From: Xylographa opegraphella
Lineage: Eukaryota
NCBI GenBank assembly: GCA_022813865.1
Contig: JALDZX010000016.1
Location: 186,001 to 250,000, forward strand
DNA: 64,000 bases
Direction of reading: 5' to 3'
In this document: piece by piece, positions 1-12,210 of the stretch
How the letters are laid out: each line of letters begins with the position of its first letter
Numbering within the stretch: position 1 is the stretch's first letter
The notes under the pieces: generated by a model
Database searches by the model: none
What the model saw: only the letters and a program-made list of their open reading frames with translations
Told to the model about the DNA's origin: nothing
Translations under genes and position numbers: made by a program

Positions 1-3000
1 GCTTTCTTGGTTCCAGGAAGGTCGGACGATCTACCAGTCTGGGGTAGAAGCGGTGCCGGCTCAAACTGCTTGACTGGAGCCGACCTCACAGGCGTAGGCT
101 TTGAAGACGTTGTACCGCCCGGTGGTAAGAGCATGTTCAGAAGCTTACGCGGAATGCACTGAAATTTCAGACCGCCAACGACACCAACAATAGTGTTACC
201 ATCGAATATGAAAACATCACCCTGTTTGACTCCTGCTTCCTTTGCATCTTGCATCTTTACATACGCACGATAGGTCTTGCTGGCAGAAATGCTACTGAGA
301 CGCATAGATCGCCACCCATGAGATATGTATACCGAGTCATTGGAGTCGGTCGCGTCACTGGCATTCACTATGAAGCCAGATAGGTGAGCCAAGCTGTCAA
401 TCCACCGTGGGTTCAGAAAATATGTTCCGTCGGTGCTTGCGCCGCATTTGAAAGTGACTTTGGAAACCGCCTCGAAGTTGGCACTGTCGAGGATAACTTC
501 GTCCATGCCGCGATATTTGTCATCGTAGTCGACCAGAGCTTTGAAAAGCTTGTAAGCCAGTCCTCGCCCAATTTGGTGGACCCCTCTGCCACCTTTGACA
601 TCGTTCTCGAGACTCTGTACGCGACTTTCAATAAGATAGCGGCTTTGATTCCACTTAGCAAGCCACTTGTCGACGCTGCCGTATTTGACAAGGCACTTGG
701 CATGATCAAGCAGTTTCTTACCCTGTTCTGAAACACTGAAGAATTCCAGCTGAACACATTTATTGTCAGCTATGGCGGAGATTTGCAGTAGCTGAGGCTT
801 TGCAGTTTCGCTGGCTAGAATCAGTGGCTTGCTGACCTCCATCGAGCAAACATCCATGTTAGCGGGACCAGAACCGGGTCGCATTTGCTGATTCAGGTAA
901 TCCGCGATGACCAGAGCAGCATCGGCATATATCGACGAGGGACAAAGTCCAACACCATTTACCAAGTGTCCTTGAATGGCAGCTCGGAGGCTCGGCTCAG
1001 AAAGACTCGATTGGGTGAGAAGTGTTGCGGATGTTGGCGAGATCTCCTCTTTTAGTATTTGTTGTACTGTAGTGGTCGATAACTTCGGCTTGGCCGGTTC
1101 AGCTTCTACCGTAACAGTTGTTGGCAGCACAACATCTCCTTTAGTAAGACACCAATTATTCTTGTAGTCAATCCAGTACTTCTTCAGGTCAAAACTGTAC
1201 GAAGGAAGCGTCAGGAGTCGATGTGAATCATTGTAATCAATATGAAATTCGCTCCATTTGATTGATACGCCCTGGCAGCAAAGGTTTGCCGCACTCTCGG
1301 ATAGGGTCTTCCAAGGGTCTTCATTCCTACGGAGGGAAGGGGCTGTAATCGTCTTGTAGCCCAGAGTAGACTTAATCATTCCGAGACAAACAGGGTGAGA
1401 GCCAATCTCAATCCAGACACTTTCTTCAGTGACTATCTTCTCTTTCTGAGCTACAGTGATGGCTGCAAGGAAATCAACTTTCTCGCGAGAGTGGCGGCGA
1501 AGGTAACTTGCGTTGAACTCTGCATTAGTTATGACCTTCCCAAGAAGTGGCGATATCACTGGTATTGTTGGCTTTGCAAAAACAGCAGACCTCGCTTCGA
1601 TCTCGAAGGCATCCAGAATCGGGTCAACTTGGGAGGTATGAAAAGCAAATGGAACATGCAATTTGATGGCTTTCAAGCCTTCTCTGGCTAGACAACTAGC
1701 TATTTCATCAATAGCTGACTGGGTACCGCCAAGCACGAGCTCTTCCGATCCGTTGATACAAGCAATCTCGAAGTCCTTACCGTTCAGGGCTTTGGTGACG
1801 GTAGAGGCTGACGACTTGACGGCAAGCATCGCGTGGGAGCCGAAGACACAAGCTTCTTGTAGAACCTTGGCACGACTTCCAACAAGATAGATTGTATCGC
1901 TGATGGAAAGCACTCCAGCAATATGAAGAGCGGCAAATTCTCCAAGGCTGTGCCCGATGACAGCAGCAGGTTGAATGCCCCAAGAGATCCACAGCCTAGC
2001 CAAAGCGATCTGAACACATGTGAGGCCGACCTGGACGAGCTGTGGGCTGAGGGTGTCGACATCGGAGACACTGCCATCGATCAACGGTCGAAATGACTCA
2101 AAGCCATGTAACTGTACGATCTTCTCGAAGCGTAGCAGATCATCTCTGAAATGAGCTGAGGTCTCGAACAAGCTCTTTCCGAGAGAACAGTAGGCGGAAC
2201 CCTGCCCAGTAAAAGCAAAGATCGCTTGTGGGTGACTCCCGGGAATAGAAGTGAATTGGTTGTCTATCGATGAAAGTAGCAAGTCTTTTGCAGCAACGAC
2301 GTCCTGGACCGCGAACGCAACTCGGTAGTCAAACAGCTGACGTCGTACTGTGGTAGTATACGAAAGATCGGCCAAAGCTGTGGTAGGGTTATCATCCAGA
2401 TAAGCGGCAAGGTTCCTGATGTTTCTCTGCAACGATGTAATAGATTTCCCCGATACAGCGACGACCATCGTGGAGCGGGGATCCTGGGTCTCGACTGGAT
2501 GCGTAATTGGACCTTCCTCGAGCAGCATGGCAGTGTTTCCGCCTGCTGCGCTGAAATTGTTGAGAAATGCCAGGCGCCGCTTGCCATCTTTATGAGGCAA
2601 CCAAGTCGTGGGTGCAAATGGTATGTGTACATTTCGTGCTTGAAGGTTATTGGGGAAACTTTCGTTCAAGATGCCACTTTTGATACCCACATGTGGAGGA
2701 ATGGCATTGTGCTTTAACATCATCAGAACTTTCATTAATGCCATCACACCAGCTGCAGCCTCTCCATGGCCGACATTTGCCTTCACAGAGCCCACGTAAA
2801 GAGGATTCGTTCTTCGCTTTCCATGTTCTGACGCGAAGACGTCTGTTACTGATAGCATCTCGTTGTAGTCGCCAGCCTGCGTCCCAGTCCCATGCATCTC
2901 GACATATTCCACCTCATGCGGATCAATTCCTGTTTCGTCGACAACCATCTGATAGAGGGCCCCTTGCTGATCTGCATTCGGGTGGGTGATCGATACGGCA

Positions 3001-5215
3001 TCAGCAGAATGATTTGTTTTCACATTAAGAATAACCCCGAAGATGTTATCCTTGTCCATCACAGCGTCTTCAAGTCGTTTCAGTACGAAACTGCCAACAG
3101 CATCAGCTCGACAGTATCCGTCGGCCTCATTATCAAATGTCTTGCACCCTCCGGTTTTGGAAAGGAATTGGCCGCGACTGAGTCCAGCAAAGATATCAGG
3201 ATTAGTCAGAACGTTCACTCCACCAGTCACAGCCGTATCGCAATCACCAGCCCACAGCGAATTGCACGCAGCATTCATCGCAGCAAAGCTTGAACTGCAG
3301 GCTGTGTCGATACTATAGCTGGGTCCGCCAAACTTGAACTAGAAGCCCCCAGAGTCAGCATCGCTGTATTTTGACGATTAAGAAATTCTCTACGATCAGA
3401 GACTGGTCATCGGCTCGGTTTCTTGTGCAAGCGATGTCCTCCGTCGATTACGCAATAACGATTTGGATAAGGTCACTTACGAAATAGTTCACCCGCCCGG
3501 GTGTAAAAGCGCGAATGCCACATGGTATGAAATATGTATCGATATCTTGAGATGCGTTTACCTCCCTCCAATCATCGCTTGCTTGACCATAGAAAGTTCC
3601 AATCCGATGAGATTTCGTGGCTTGCGTTCTGTTTTTCACCCAGCCCGACATTTCCAGAGCCTCGTATGCAGTGATCAAGGCAAGACGTTGCATAGGATCA
3701 AGATTCTTTGCTTCACGAGGTGACATATTGAAGAACCTTGGATCAAACAATCCAGCTTCGTCGATAAAACAACCATAAGGTGTAAGAGTCGTGTTTTTGG
3801 TCTTTCCACTGGGATCAAAATGTGCCTTGATATCAAACCGATCTGGAGTGACCTCTCTATGCACGTCCAGTCCCTTTTGAAGCAGTTCCCACAATATTTC
3901 TGAGTCTGCAGCGCTCGGAAACCTACCAGCAAGGCCAACAATAGCAATTTTGGAGTTTGAGCTTTTCGATTCGCGCGACGTTTTCTCGGTCTTATTTGGT
4001 GAGATATCTTTGAATATGAGCTCGTGAGCATTGTCTGATAAGTTTATCGATGATAGAATCTCATCAACTGTGCTGGTGGAACCCAGAGTAAACAACGATT
4101 GTTCATTTCGGGATAATTCTGCAAGAATAGCATTACAAGCGTTGGAAAAGTTGATTGGCTTGGTGAGTATCTCTAGCAAACATTGCTGAAGTAGTTCATT
4201 AGTGGTTGGAGCGAAGAAACGCTCACCATCCGCCGTGGAGAACATCGGTATTCTCGGCGATTGAGTTCGCATATGTTCACAAATTCTACTGCCATGCATG
4301 ATTTTGCGGACAACTTCGATGTCGTACAGATGAGGTGCACTGACCATACCAATAGAGCTAGGCTGGATGATTGGAGGATCGACCTCTCCAAACATCTCTT
4401 TCAGACTCTTCAGTGTTGCCGGTGGTCCACTGACCACGGTGTCGCTGGACCAAATTGCGCTGACGTATGCCTCACTTGAGGTTGGTAGTCTCTAGTTAGG
4501 TTTAGTTTGTCTCCAATCTATGTCACTGGGGGAGGTATGTTAACTTGAGATTGATGAAATTCATAAATTGTCTTTTGCGCTCTATCGACATCAACCCCTT
4601 TCATTGTCATAGACCAACAACATTCTCCAGAGCCTGCGAGTGCAGACCGAGGTACGACTAACTCAGACATGTACGAAACTTCAAGGCCAGTTCGAAAAGC
4701 GATAGCCACCATCTCCGCACCGATGGAAGGAAGGTCAGCAACACCATGAGCACATGAAACAACGACAGCGGCCAAGAGTCCGCTCCCGAGGCCATATATC
4801 CTGGTAATGCCTTTCTCGTTTGATATCCAGGGATTTTGGGAGAAGTACCTAATTTAGCGTAAGCGAAGCACAAAACTCCGCATTCTTGGGAGTATGGTAA
4901 TTCTAAGAAAAGAAAATCTTACCATATGAGTGCACCAATCTGATAGATGCAGGAAAGTGAATACTCAACTGCTGGAACTATAGATGCTGTATCATCTTGA
5001 GACTTTTCCACAAGTTCGAAAAGGGCTGAAAAGTCGGGAATTTGATCTTGAACGGACTGTGGTTGTCGACTGATCTCTTCACGTAAGAGTAGATTGGCCT
5101 GCTCAAAGAAGGACGCAAGGAGAGTGTTGCCTCTATAATGAACTATGGATTTCAAGGCTAAGATGTGAGATCGACTATAATCTTCCAACAACAATGCAAT
5201 CGCTCTAGTTTTCAT
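1..5215 (-). CDS. Iterative non-reducing polyketide synthase (SAT-KS-MAT-PT; ACP and any TE lie beyond the left edge), melanin/naphthopyrone-clade-like (group II/III) PT domain; partial
   Basis: Exons 5215-4923, 4848-4545, 4491-3481, then 3338-<1, which I translated by hand and found open. KS motifs: DTACSSS (3308-3288), EMHGTGT, KANVGHGE. MAT motifs: FTGQG, GHSLGE (1955-1938), VPFAFH. PT motifs: GHLVNGVGLCPSSIYAD (His 968-966), WIDSLAHLSGF, YISHGW. Ends in a Pro/Ser/Thr-rich linker at the window edge. Confidence 0.97.
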
Positions 5216-5978
5216 GTTGAATACACTCGAAAACAAAGTTGAAAGACACACGTGATCGAGGAAAAGGGGCGTCGACTATACAGACGATATTCACGAATTA
5301 GGGCTGGCGTGATATAACGATGGTCCGGTTATGAGTCGGTTGTCGCTTTGCATTCCATGATGACAAGAGCAAGAATAACACTATGGGCCGAAATCACCAA
5401 GCTGTATCCGCAACACGGAGCCGCGGAAAATAAAACATGACCATCATGCCGTTCACCGACATGTAAGCAATCGCTGAACGGATTCACGAGAGATAAGACA
5501 CGACAACAAGCAGCCAGAAGATACCATTGCAACTAGTGTCACCATGGTCTCCTGCTTGAAGATACAGGTCTCAGAACATCCTGGCCAAGGTCCGTAACGA
5601 GGTCGAGATTCTCTGCAGTTGTTTGACGGAGTACACTAAGCGTCGATCACATCGGTCTGCGGTCTCTTGGTCGCTTTGTTCCATCAACTCAGCGGTGACC
5701 ATGGTCTATGCCGGTCCGGTCTATACGATAGAGATCACTTGGAACAGCCAGCATAGAGGATCCTCGGAAGCCAGGTATCTTACCCTTGCCGCTTTGGTAT
5801 TGCATGTCTGTATGCCGGAGCTTGTATGTCTTGCGACGCTAGATCGGATAGAAGCCTAACATAGATATCTCTTACTTTGTTCTGCATGTACTTCACTAGT
5901 AGTCAGGGATGCAAACGCCACAGTAAGCTACCCCCACACTACAATGCATCGGACCTCAGCTGTATAATCAGGTTATTC

Positions 5979-6013
5979 TCGATCACCGAAGATTCATTTG
6001 TGTCGAATATCGA
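5979..6013. promoter_or_regulatory. Two AflR-type TCG-N5-CGA sites in the divergent PKS/SDR promoter
   Basis: TCGATCACCGA at 5979-5989 and TCGAATATCGA at 6003-6013. Looser TCG-N5-CGG matches at 5471-5481 and 5652-5662. Confidence 0.65.
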
Positions 6014-6205
6014 AGCGGCAGGGATTTGGCAAGATGAGGCACAGGAAATATTCTGTTTCGAATTTAGTAAGGCCTGTCATGCGGTCGAACTGTGCCGATT
6101 TGGGGTGATAATCTGCAGCTTTTGGGTGAACCCGGAACGACAGACTCGCAAAGCTTTCATTTTAACAACAATCAAATCCTGGTTGATTTACCTCAAGAGA
6201 ACATC

Positions 6206-7049
6206 ATGTCGACCTCACAATTGGCAGGAAAGATTGCTATTGTGACAGGAGCTTCCCGCGGTATAGGAAAAGGAATTGCGCTGGACCTCGGGGCTCGCGG
6301 AGCTTCAGTTGTGGTCAATTACAACAGTAGTGCTTCTGGGGCAAAGGCTGTTGTCGAAGAGATTGAGAAGCTTGGATCCAAAGCAGTAGCCATTAAAGCC
6401 GATGTTTCATCCTTTCCCGATATCGAGAAGCTCTTCACTGAAGCTCTTGCACACTTTGGCAAGATCGACATCGTTGTCTCGAATTCTGGCGTCGAACACT
6501 TCGAGACCATTGAGAAGGTCACCCCGGAGCAATTCGACCACATCTTTAGCATCAACACCCGAGGTCAATTCTTTGTAGCACAGCAAGGCTACAAGCACAT
6601 CTCTCATGGAGGCCGCATTGTTATGATGTCGTCCATTGCGGCCAACATACGAGGTCTCGCTGACCACGCGATCTACTCTGCCAGCAAAGCAGCGATCGAA
6701 GCCATGGTCCGCTCTCTACCGAGCGATTTCTCTCCCAAACGAGTCACGGTCAATGCGGTGGCGCCGGGCGGGATTGAATCAGACATGGCGAAAGACAACG
6801 GTTGGAGATATATTCCCGGCGGAGATCCTTCGATGAGCCTGGATGTCGTTGCGGCAGCATTAGCCGAGAATTGCCCACTCAAGAGATTTGGAGTTCCTCA
6901 AGATGTAGCTCGAGTTGTCTCCTTCCTTGTCAGCGAGGAAGGCGGTTGGATCAATGGTACGTAGTCAGAATTCGCCACCATCTATCTCAGCTAACATTGT
7001 CAACCTCCCAGGCCAAACGATTACTATCTCCGGGGGATCTGGGAAGTGA
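6206..7049 (+). CDS. Short-chain dehydrogenase/reductase, 1,3,6,8-tetrahydroxynaphthalene reductase (T4HNR/Arp2)-like
   Basis: Exons 6206-6956 and 7012-7049. Motifs: TGASRGIG, VVVNY, NSGVE, NTRGQFFVAQQG, SSIAA, catalytic YSASK, NGWRYIPGG, WINGQ. The pattern is closest to fungal hydroxynaphthalene reductases. Confidence 0.92.
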
Positions 7050-9260
7050 ATCAATATTGGACGACAAAAGGCCATAGGAAAGAGGGTATGCAGCGGTGGA
7101 GAACACAGCACATAGAGGAAGTTGACGTGTGGTGCGCGGCCATGCGGATGCTTGACAATCGTCAGACACGCTAATGGGCGGGCTTGGTTCGCCCGAAGCA
7201 GGTAGCTTAGACCATCGAATAGAAATGTACCTTAGTACTGTTCGTCAACCTTCGGATAGCGTGAAGCAGTCTTCCGGTGCAGATCCCGGAAGCTGGAGGT
7301 GCACCTTGGAGTGGGCTTGGGGCCCGTTTACAGCCTCACAAATTTTCTTACATGAGTAGACGCGCTAGGTGTATATTCCGTACCGTGTATTGTTGCCGCG
7401 TAACGCAACTTAGTCTGGCGGGGTACAACGACTGACAACCGTCCGTGTGTATTGTATTACTGAGCCGTGATCCAACCTCGGCATTTATGTATTCGAAACG
7501 GATAGAGACGCAGGACGAAGGGAAATTGGCGGTGACACTTACGTAGCACCCGGCTCCATACTGTGATGACAGCGGGCGCTGTCTATAATTGTGTCCCCAC
7601 ATAAAAAAGGCCCATCTAAGGCTATAGTGTGGTCAGCCGAAGGCCACATGTCCCGTCAAGAGCCTTGAACAGGTTGGAAGCAAGGGTCTCGACCGAACCG
7701 CACTCGATAGCAGCAGCACGCTACGTCGTGGGACGAATAGCGTAGGAGCGGTCACTCAAAAACGTGTTGAAATCAGCGACGATCTTCTGTTTCCTTGGAG
7801 ATTCATACGCATGTAGGCTCTTTCAGCCCCCCATCCGCTGCAGTTGTGGGAACAAGGATACTGATAGCGAGCATGGACTGGGACGCAGTTGCAGAGTTCG
7901 TGATGCATGTGAGATGTACCACGTTCGACCATAGTAGGCATTAGTCAAGGAGCACTTCGTTCAGGGTCGTCGTCAGCAGGATTCTAGCTAATAGTGGTTC
8001 TCTTGGTGACCCCCAAATCGAATGGTCAGAAGCGGTCTCCGCATCCCGCATTCGACAGCCGCACCGACGAAGGAGCGCATCGTCAAGCACACCCACCCAT
8101 GGCCATGCAGCGGAGCCATCTGCGTGTTGCGTGTTCGAGACGATCCTGTCCAGTGCAGTCAGCCAGCAGCAGCCACTGCCTCTTGGAAGCAGGAAGGTGG
8201 AGTGATGTAACAGTGCGCAAGAACACGAGGGCCGTGCCTTGCCGGCCTATAGATGGACACCTCGTTGCTGCTATCGAACCAGCCTGCCTTTGAACGTGGC
8301 AGGAAGAGTGGTGGACGAGCAGGCCACCACCTGGTGCACGGTAGACGGTGGAGTTTGGGTTGCGAGCTTGCTTGCAGCTCACCCTGGCTCCGAAGCCGTA
8401 AGACGTAGCCTGATCTAACGGCGGAAGCGAAGCAAGGGGCTGCAATCTCTCCGATTCTTGGCGTGCTAAACGGGTCTCTAGGTCAGATACGGTAAGCGTC
8501 TCGTCTCGGCCGAAGCGAGAGGCTGGGATTAGACTAACAAATACTACTATGGTAAGTACCGTACTTCGTTACTTACCATACCAACTCCCTTATTTAGACC
8601 AGTGCGGGCCGACGCCGAACGCCTCCGCCATCTGCCCGCAAGCGTGCCGTCGCTGTGACGAAGGTGAGGTAGGGTAATAATGAATGTCAGTGGTGAGGAC
8701 TCTGAGGAGTCGGTGAGCTAAATCATGCGCTGTAACATGATCTTTTAGCTTTAGGGTCCATGGGCCGGTGGGCGGCCACTCCGTCTCGATTCGACGCTGA
8801 ATTATCCTTGATTCCCGTGGCGTTATCTGGCATGCAGATGACACCGATTGATCACTGGAAAGCACTGAGAATGGCATCCAAGGTAGGACAAGATGATAGA
8901 CTCGTTCACCACCTCATGTAGCATTGTAGCTTGGCCTTTACAAGCCTAGTCGCTACCTACCTTATCCTCCGAGAGGCCCCCTGTCGAGCCCTGACGGGCG
9001 AGTCTGTATAGTTTAGTATGACTGATGTTCTGACGGGGGTTCCCGTCTTCGTCGTTGGCTGATAGGACGTTCTGCTTTCTTATCAAACAGTGCCATTGCT
9101 ATAGGAATTAGCGTGTCGGCCACTGGCTTGATGACAGGATGCGCCGCTACAACACGCCTTCGTAGTTTCACTTCGGTCTTCGCTGGCACTGGAAGATCTA
9201 GGACTACTATTAGTACCCGTTCCTACTGAACTTCACACTAGAATACTGACCAGCTCAAAG

Positions 9261-10842
9261 ATGACCGACGCCCCCATCCGAACTCGAAATGGCACTGGGA
9301 AAACACCGAAGTATCGTGCATCATGCGATTCGTGCTACGAGGCCAAAGTCCGCTGCTCCCAGGCGAGGCCCAATTGTGCTCGATGTCTCAAACAGGGCTT
9401 CGAGTGCATCTATGGCATTTCACTACGGGCCGGCAAGCACCGTGCGGAGAGCTTCAGGAACAGCGCCTCTGTCTCGTCGGATAGAACAACGCCGGTTAGG
9501 ACAACGCCGGTGACGGCCACTACCACGAGTCCCGTGGATTCGACAGTGGCACTGCTCCCACCAACACAGTCTCCGCTCGAAGACACTGAGATCCCCGATT
9601 ATTGGCAGCAACAACTTAAGGACTGGGTCGTCGAGAGCTTCGGCGTACCAGGTGCACCCAACGCCGTTCCGACACACCACTTTGATCCTCATCATCAGTT
9701 CTTGCCAGGGCCTGAAAACACCCACGGGTTGCACTCGATGGGACCGGAGTCTCTGTCGTTCTCCGATATTCGAAATGTTGAATTTCCTGATATCCTCGAT
9801 GAAGTACGTTACCCCAGATCTTCGATTAAACCTTATTTCAAGCGTACATTACTGCCAAAAGTCTTGCCAGCGTTCACCGATTGTCCTCTGTCGTCATTCA
9901 CAACAGAAATCTCTGAAAGAATTTTGTTGAAAATTTCGAGTTCGAGTTATTTCCATAATCTTCTATCAATTTGATAAAAATCGAAAAACTTGATACTCTT
10001 ACTGTCCTACCACGATACTGTTGCATTTGAGTGCTCTAAAAGATCACAAAAATTCATAACATGCTACGGTGACGCAGATATTAACTATTCTGCTAATTAG
10101 CCCTTCCCAGCACAAATCAACCACATTTCGCAAGACCCAGGAGCTCGGTTCGGCCTCCACCCCTAACTATTGCCCGACATCTAATACTCTCAGCGATGGC
10201 TACCTCTCGTGCTCGAAGCCTCACAGTGACCCAGGCTCCCCAACATCCCAACAGAGGCGACACCGACCCAACCCCTCGCAAGAGTCGACCACCTGCCACT
10301 GTTTCGAACTCATCTTCACCCAGTTCCCCCTGTTCCAGTCCGCCAACCGCCCATTCGACATCGAGCTCGCGCAGGCTAAGGAAGCCATGTCGCTTTGCGC
10401 CCGTGTTCTCTCCTGCTCTTGCAAGCGAAAAGACTACGTGTGCGTCCTCACCGTCAGTCTCCTCCTCGCCTGCATCGTCTCCGTGTTCGAACGCGAGTTC
10501 ACCTCGACCTACAACGTCTCCGACCCGCCCACCTCGGCTTCCAACGACGATTTCATGCAAGTAGACGGGTCACCGACCCCTCTTGAAACGACGCCGCGGT
10601 TCTCCTTTGGCAAATTCCAACTGGACGTCGAGGATGAGTGGAAATTGAAGAAAGAGGTCGTGTGGCTGCAGATCCAGAGGGTGGAGGGGCTCGTCGACTC
10701 CTTCCGGGAGATGATCCGGCGCGGCGGTGTCGCCAGGGAGAACTGGGCGGGCCAAGGCAATGCGTGGGAGGGCTTGGCGGAGGTGCTGGCCCAGAAGGTG
10801 GAGCGACTGCGGATGGATTGGGGGGCGCTCCGTCGAGCATGA
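9261..10842 (+). CDS. Zn(II)2Cys6 pathway-specific transcription factor, AflR-like
   Basis: Exons 9261-9803 and 10111-10842 (424 aa). Binuclear cluster CDSCYEAKVRCSQARPNCARCLKQGFECIY. The C-terminal region (CARVLSCSC...LLACIVSVF...FSFGKFQLD...VVWLQIQRVEGLV) resembles the AflR-family domain. Confidence 0.9.
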
Positions 10843-12210
10843 GCGATAGACCATGCGCCATAGACAGCTATACACTATAGACAATCCATAGAGTATACGG
10901 GGGCGGATACAATAACGAATTCATGAACCCCCTTTCATCGAGCACACCACAAACCTTGGCTTTTCCATGAACACTAAGGTAGGCCGACCCCCAATTGCTC
11001 GAGAAACAGCAACCTTTGATTTCGCACGCCCCAAGATCTTGCAATCACTCCCCCGTCCCCAGAATCCCTCACGCAACCGGCTCCCGCGAAAAGGATCGGT
11101 ATCCGGTCCCGGAACGGAATCTTGTGCACCCGTCCGGCCGAGACCGAACAACGCGCGAGCAGTACGGCAACCGTGCTTACCGTTACCCCGTCCCGGAGGC
11201 ATGAGTGAGTAAATTGTAATCCCAAACAACCCGCAGCAAAAACATCCTTCATGCGCCCCGCCGCGCGAACCTGAGAGCTCGGACGCCCCGCAGCTCCACC
11301 TCGTCGAAAGTGGGGACCGACCTCTGGGATATCAGCCACCAAAAAAAAAATCCTACGAAGCCCCCTATACCCACTCGGAACGCAGCAGCCCTCGTAGCGG
11401 AAAGGAAATGGTATGGCGGGGTGGGGAAAGGCCAAGAACGTCAGCAAGACCGCCCCCATTCTACGCGCAGCCCAGAGGCCTTCATATCGAAGGCCAAGCG
11501 ACTACGATATCGATGCCGAAAGGGCGGTCACGTCGTCGCGAGGCAGCAATGCCAGAGAAGCACGCCGTGTCAGACGGCCAGGCAGTGGATGATCCTGCGA
11601 TCCTTTGGCACCACGCTTATCGCTGGGCTGGGAGCGCCGGTAGCGCTGACACTGGCGCGGCTCCGCTGTGCCGTCGAGAGCTTCTCCTGCTTTCTTATGA
11701 TACAAGAATTGCTTTTTCTTGCGACGACGATGAGGAGAGCGGGACGTTGCAGCTATGCAGCGCGGGCGACGGGTTGTCAGCGCTGACGCGGAAACGGTTT
11801 CTTGCGGTGTGGAGGTCGTAGCTCGCTTAGCTAGCCATGGGATCTGCGGAGGCTAGTGTTTCGCTCTGAAAGAAGGTGTGTGTAACCTCAATCCCCTTTA
11901 TCGGGCCTTTACATCTTATGCTAACTTTCTCGGCATAATAGTACGCAGAATTTGATTTTCGTTATTCATGGAATTACAAAGCTTCCACGGAAGTGATTAT
12001 TTGTATATCGAAATGAATGACAAAGGATCTGTTTCCAGACCCTTGAATACCAAATGCCTGTTTCGGTACAATTACCTTGGCGCTAGAATACGGTTGACGA
12101 AGCGAATCGCAAACACCACATCACAACACGCCCTCCAAATGCAGAACAGCCGAGAACTTCACCAAACTTTCCACCGCTGTGCAATGGCGTCTGCAAAGTT
12201 ACTATATTCT

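Noticed and set aside
7050..9260. 2.2-kb gap upstream of the TF with several 60-120 aa ORFs and an 11-bp inverted repeat (TATGGTAAGTA...TACTTACCATA, 8548-8580)
   Set aside because: The ORFs show no recognisable motifs or consistent splice structure. The repeat is short and built from low-complexity GGTA/TACC words, with no target-site duplication. It is best read as a long regulator promoter.
10843..12210. Overlapping 100-160 aa ORFs between the TF and the MFS gene
   Set aside because: GC-rich sequence with few stop codons; the translations are Arg/Pro-rich with no domain signature.
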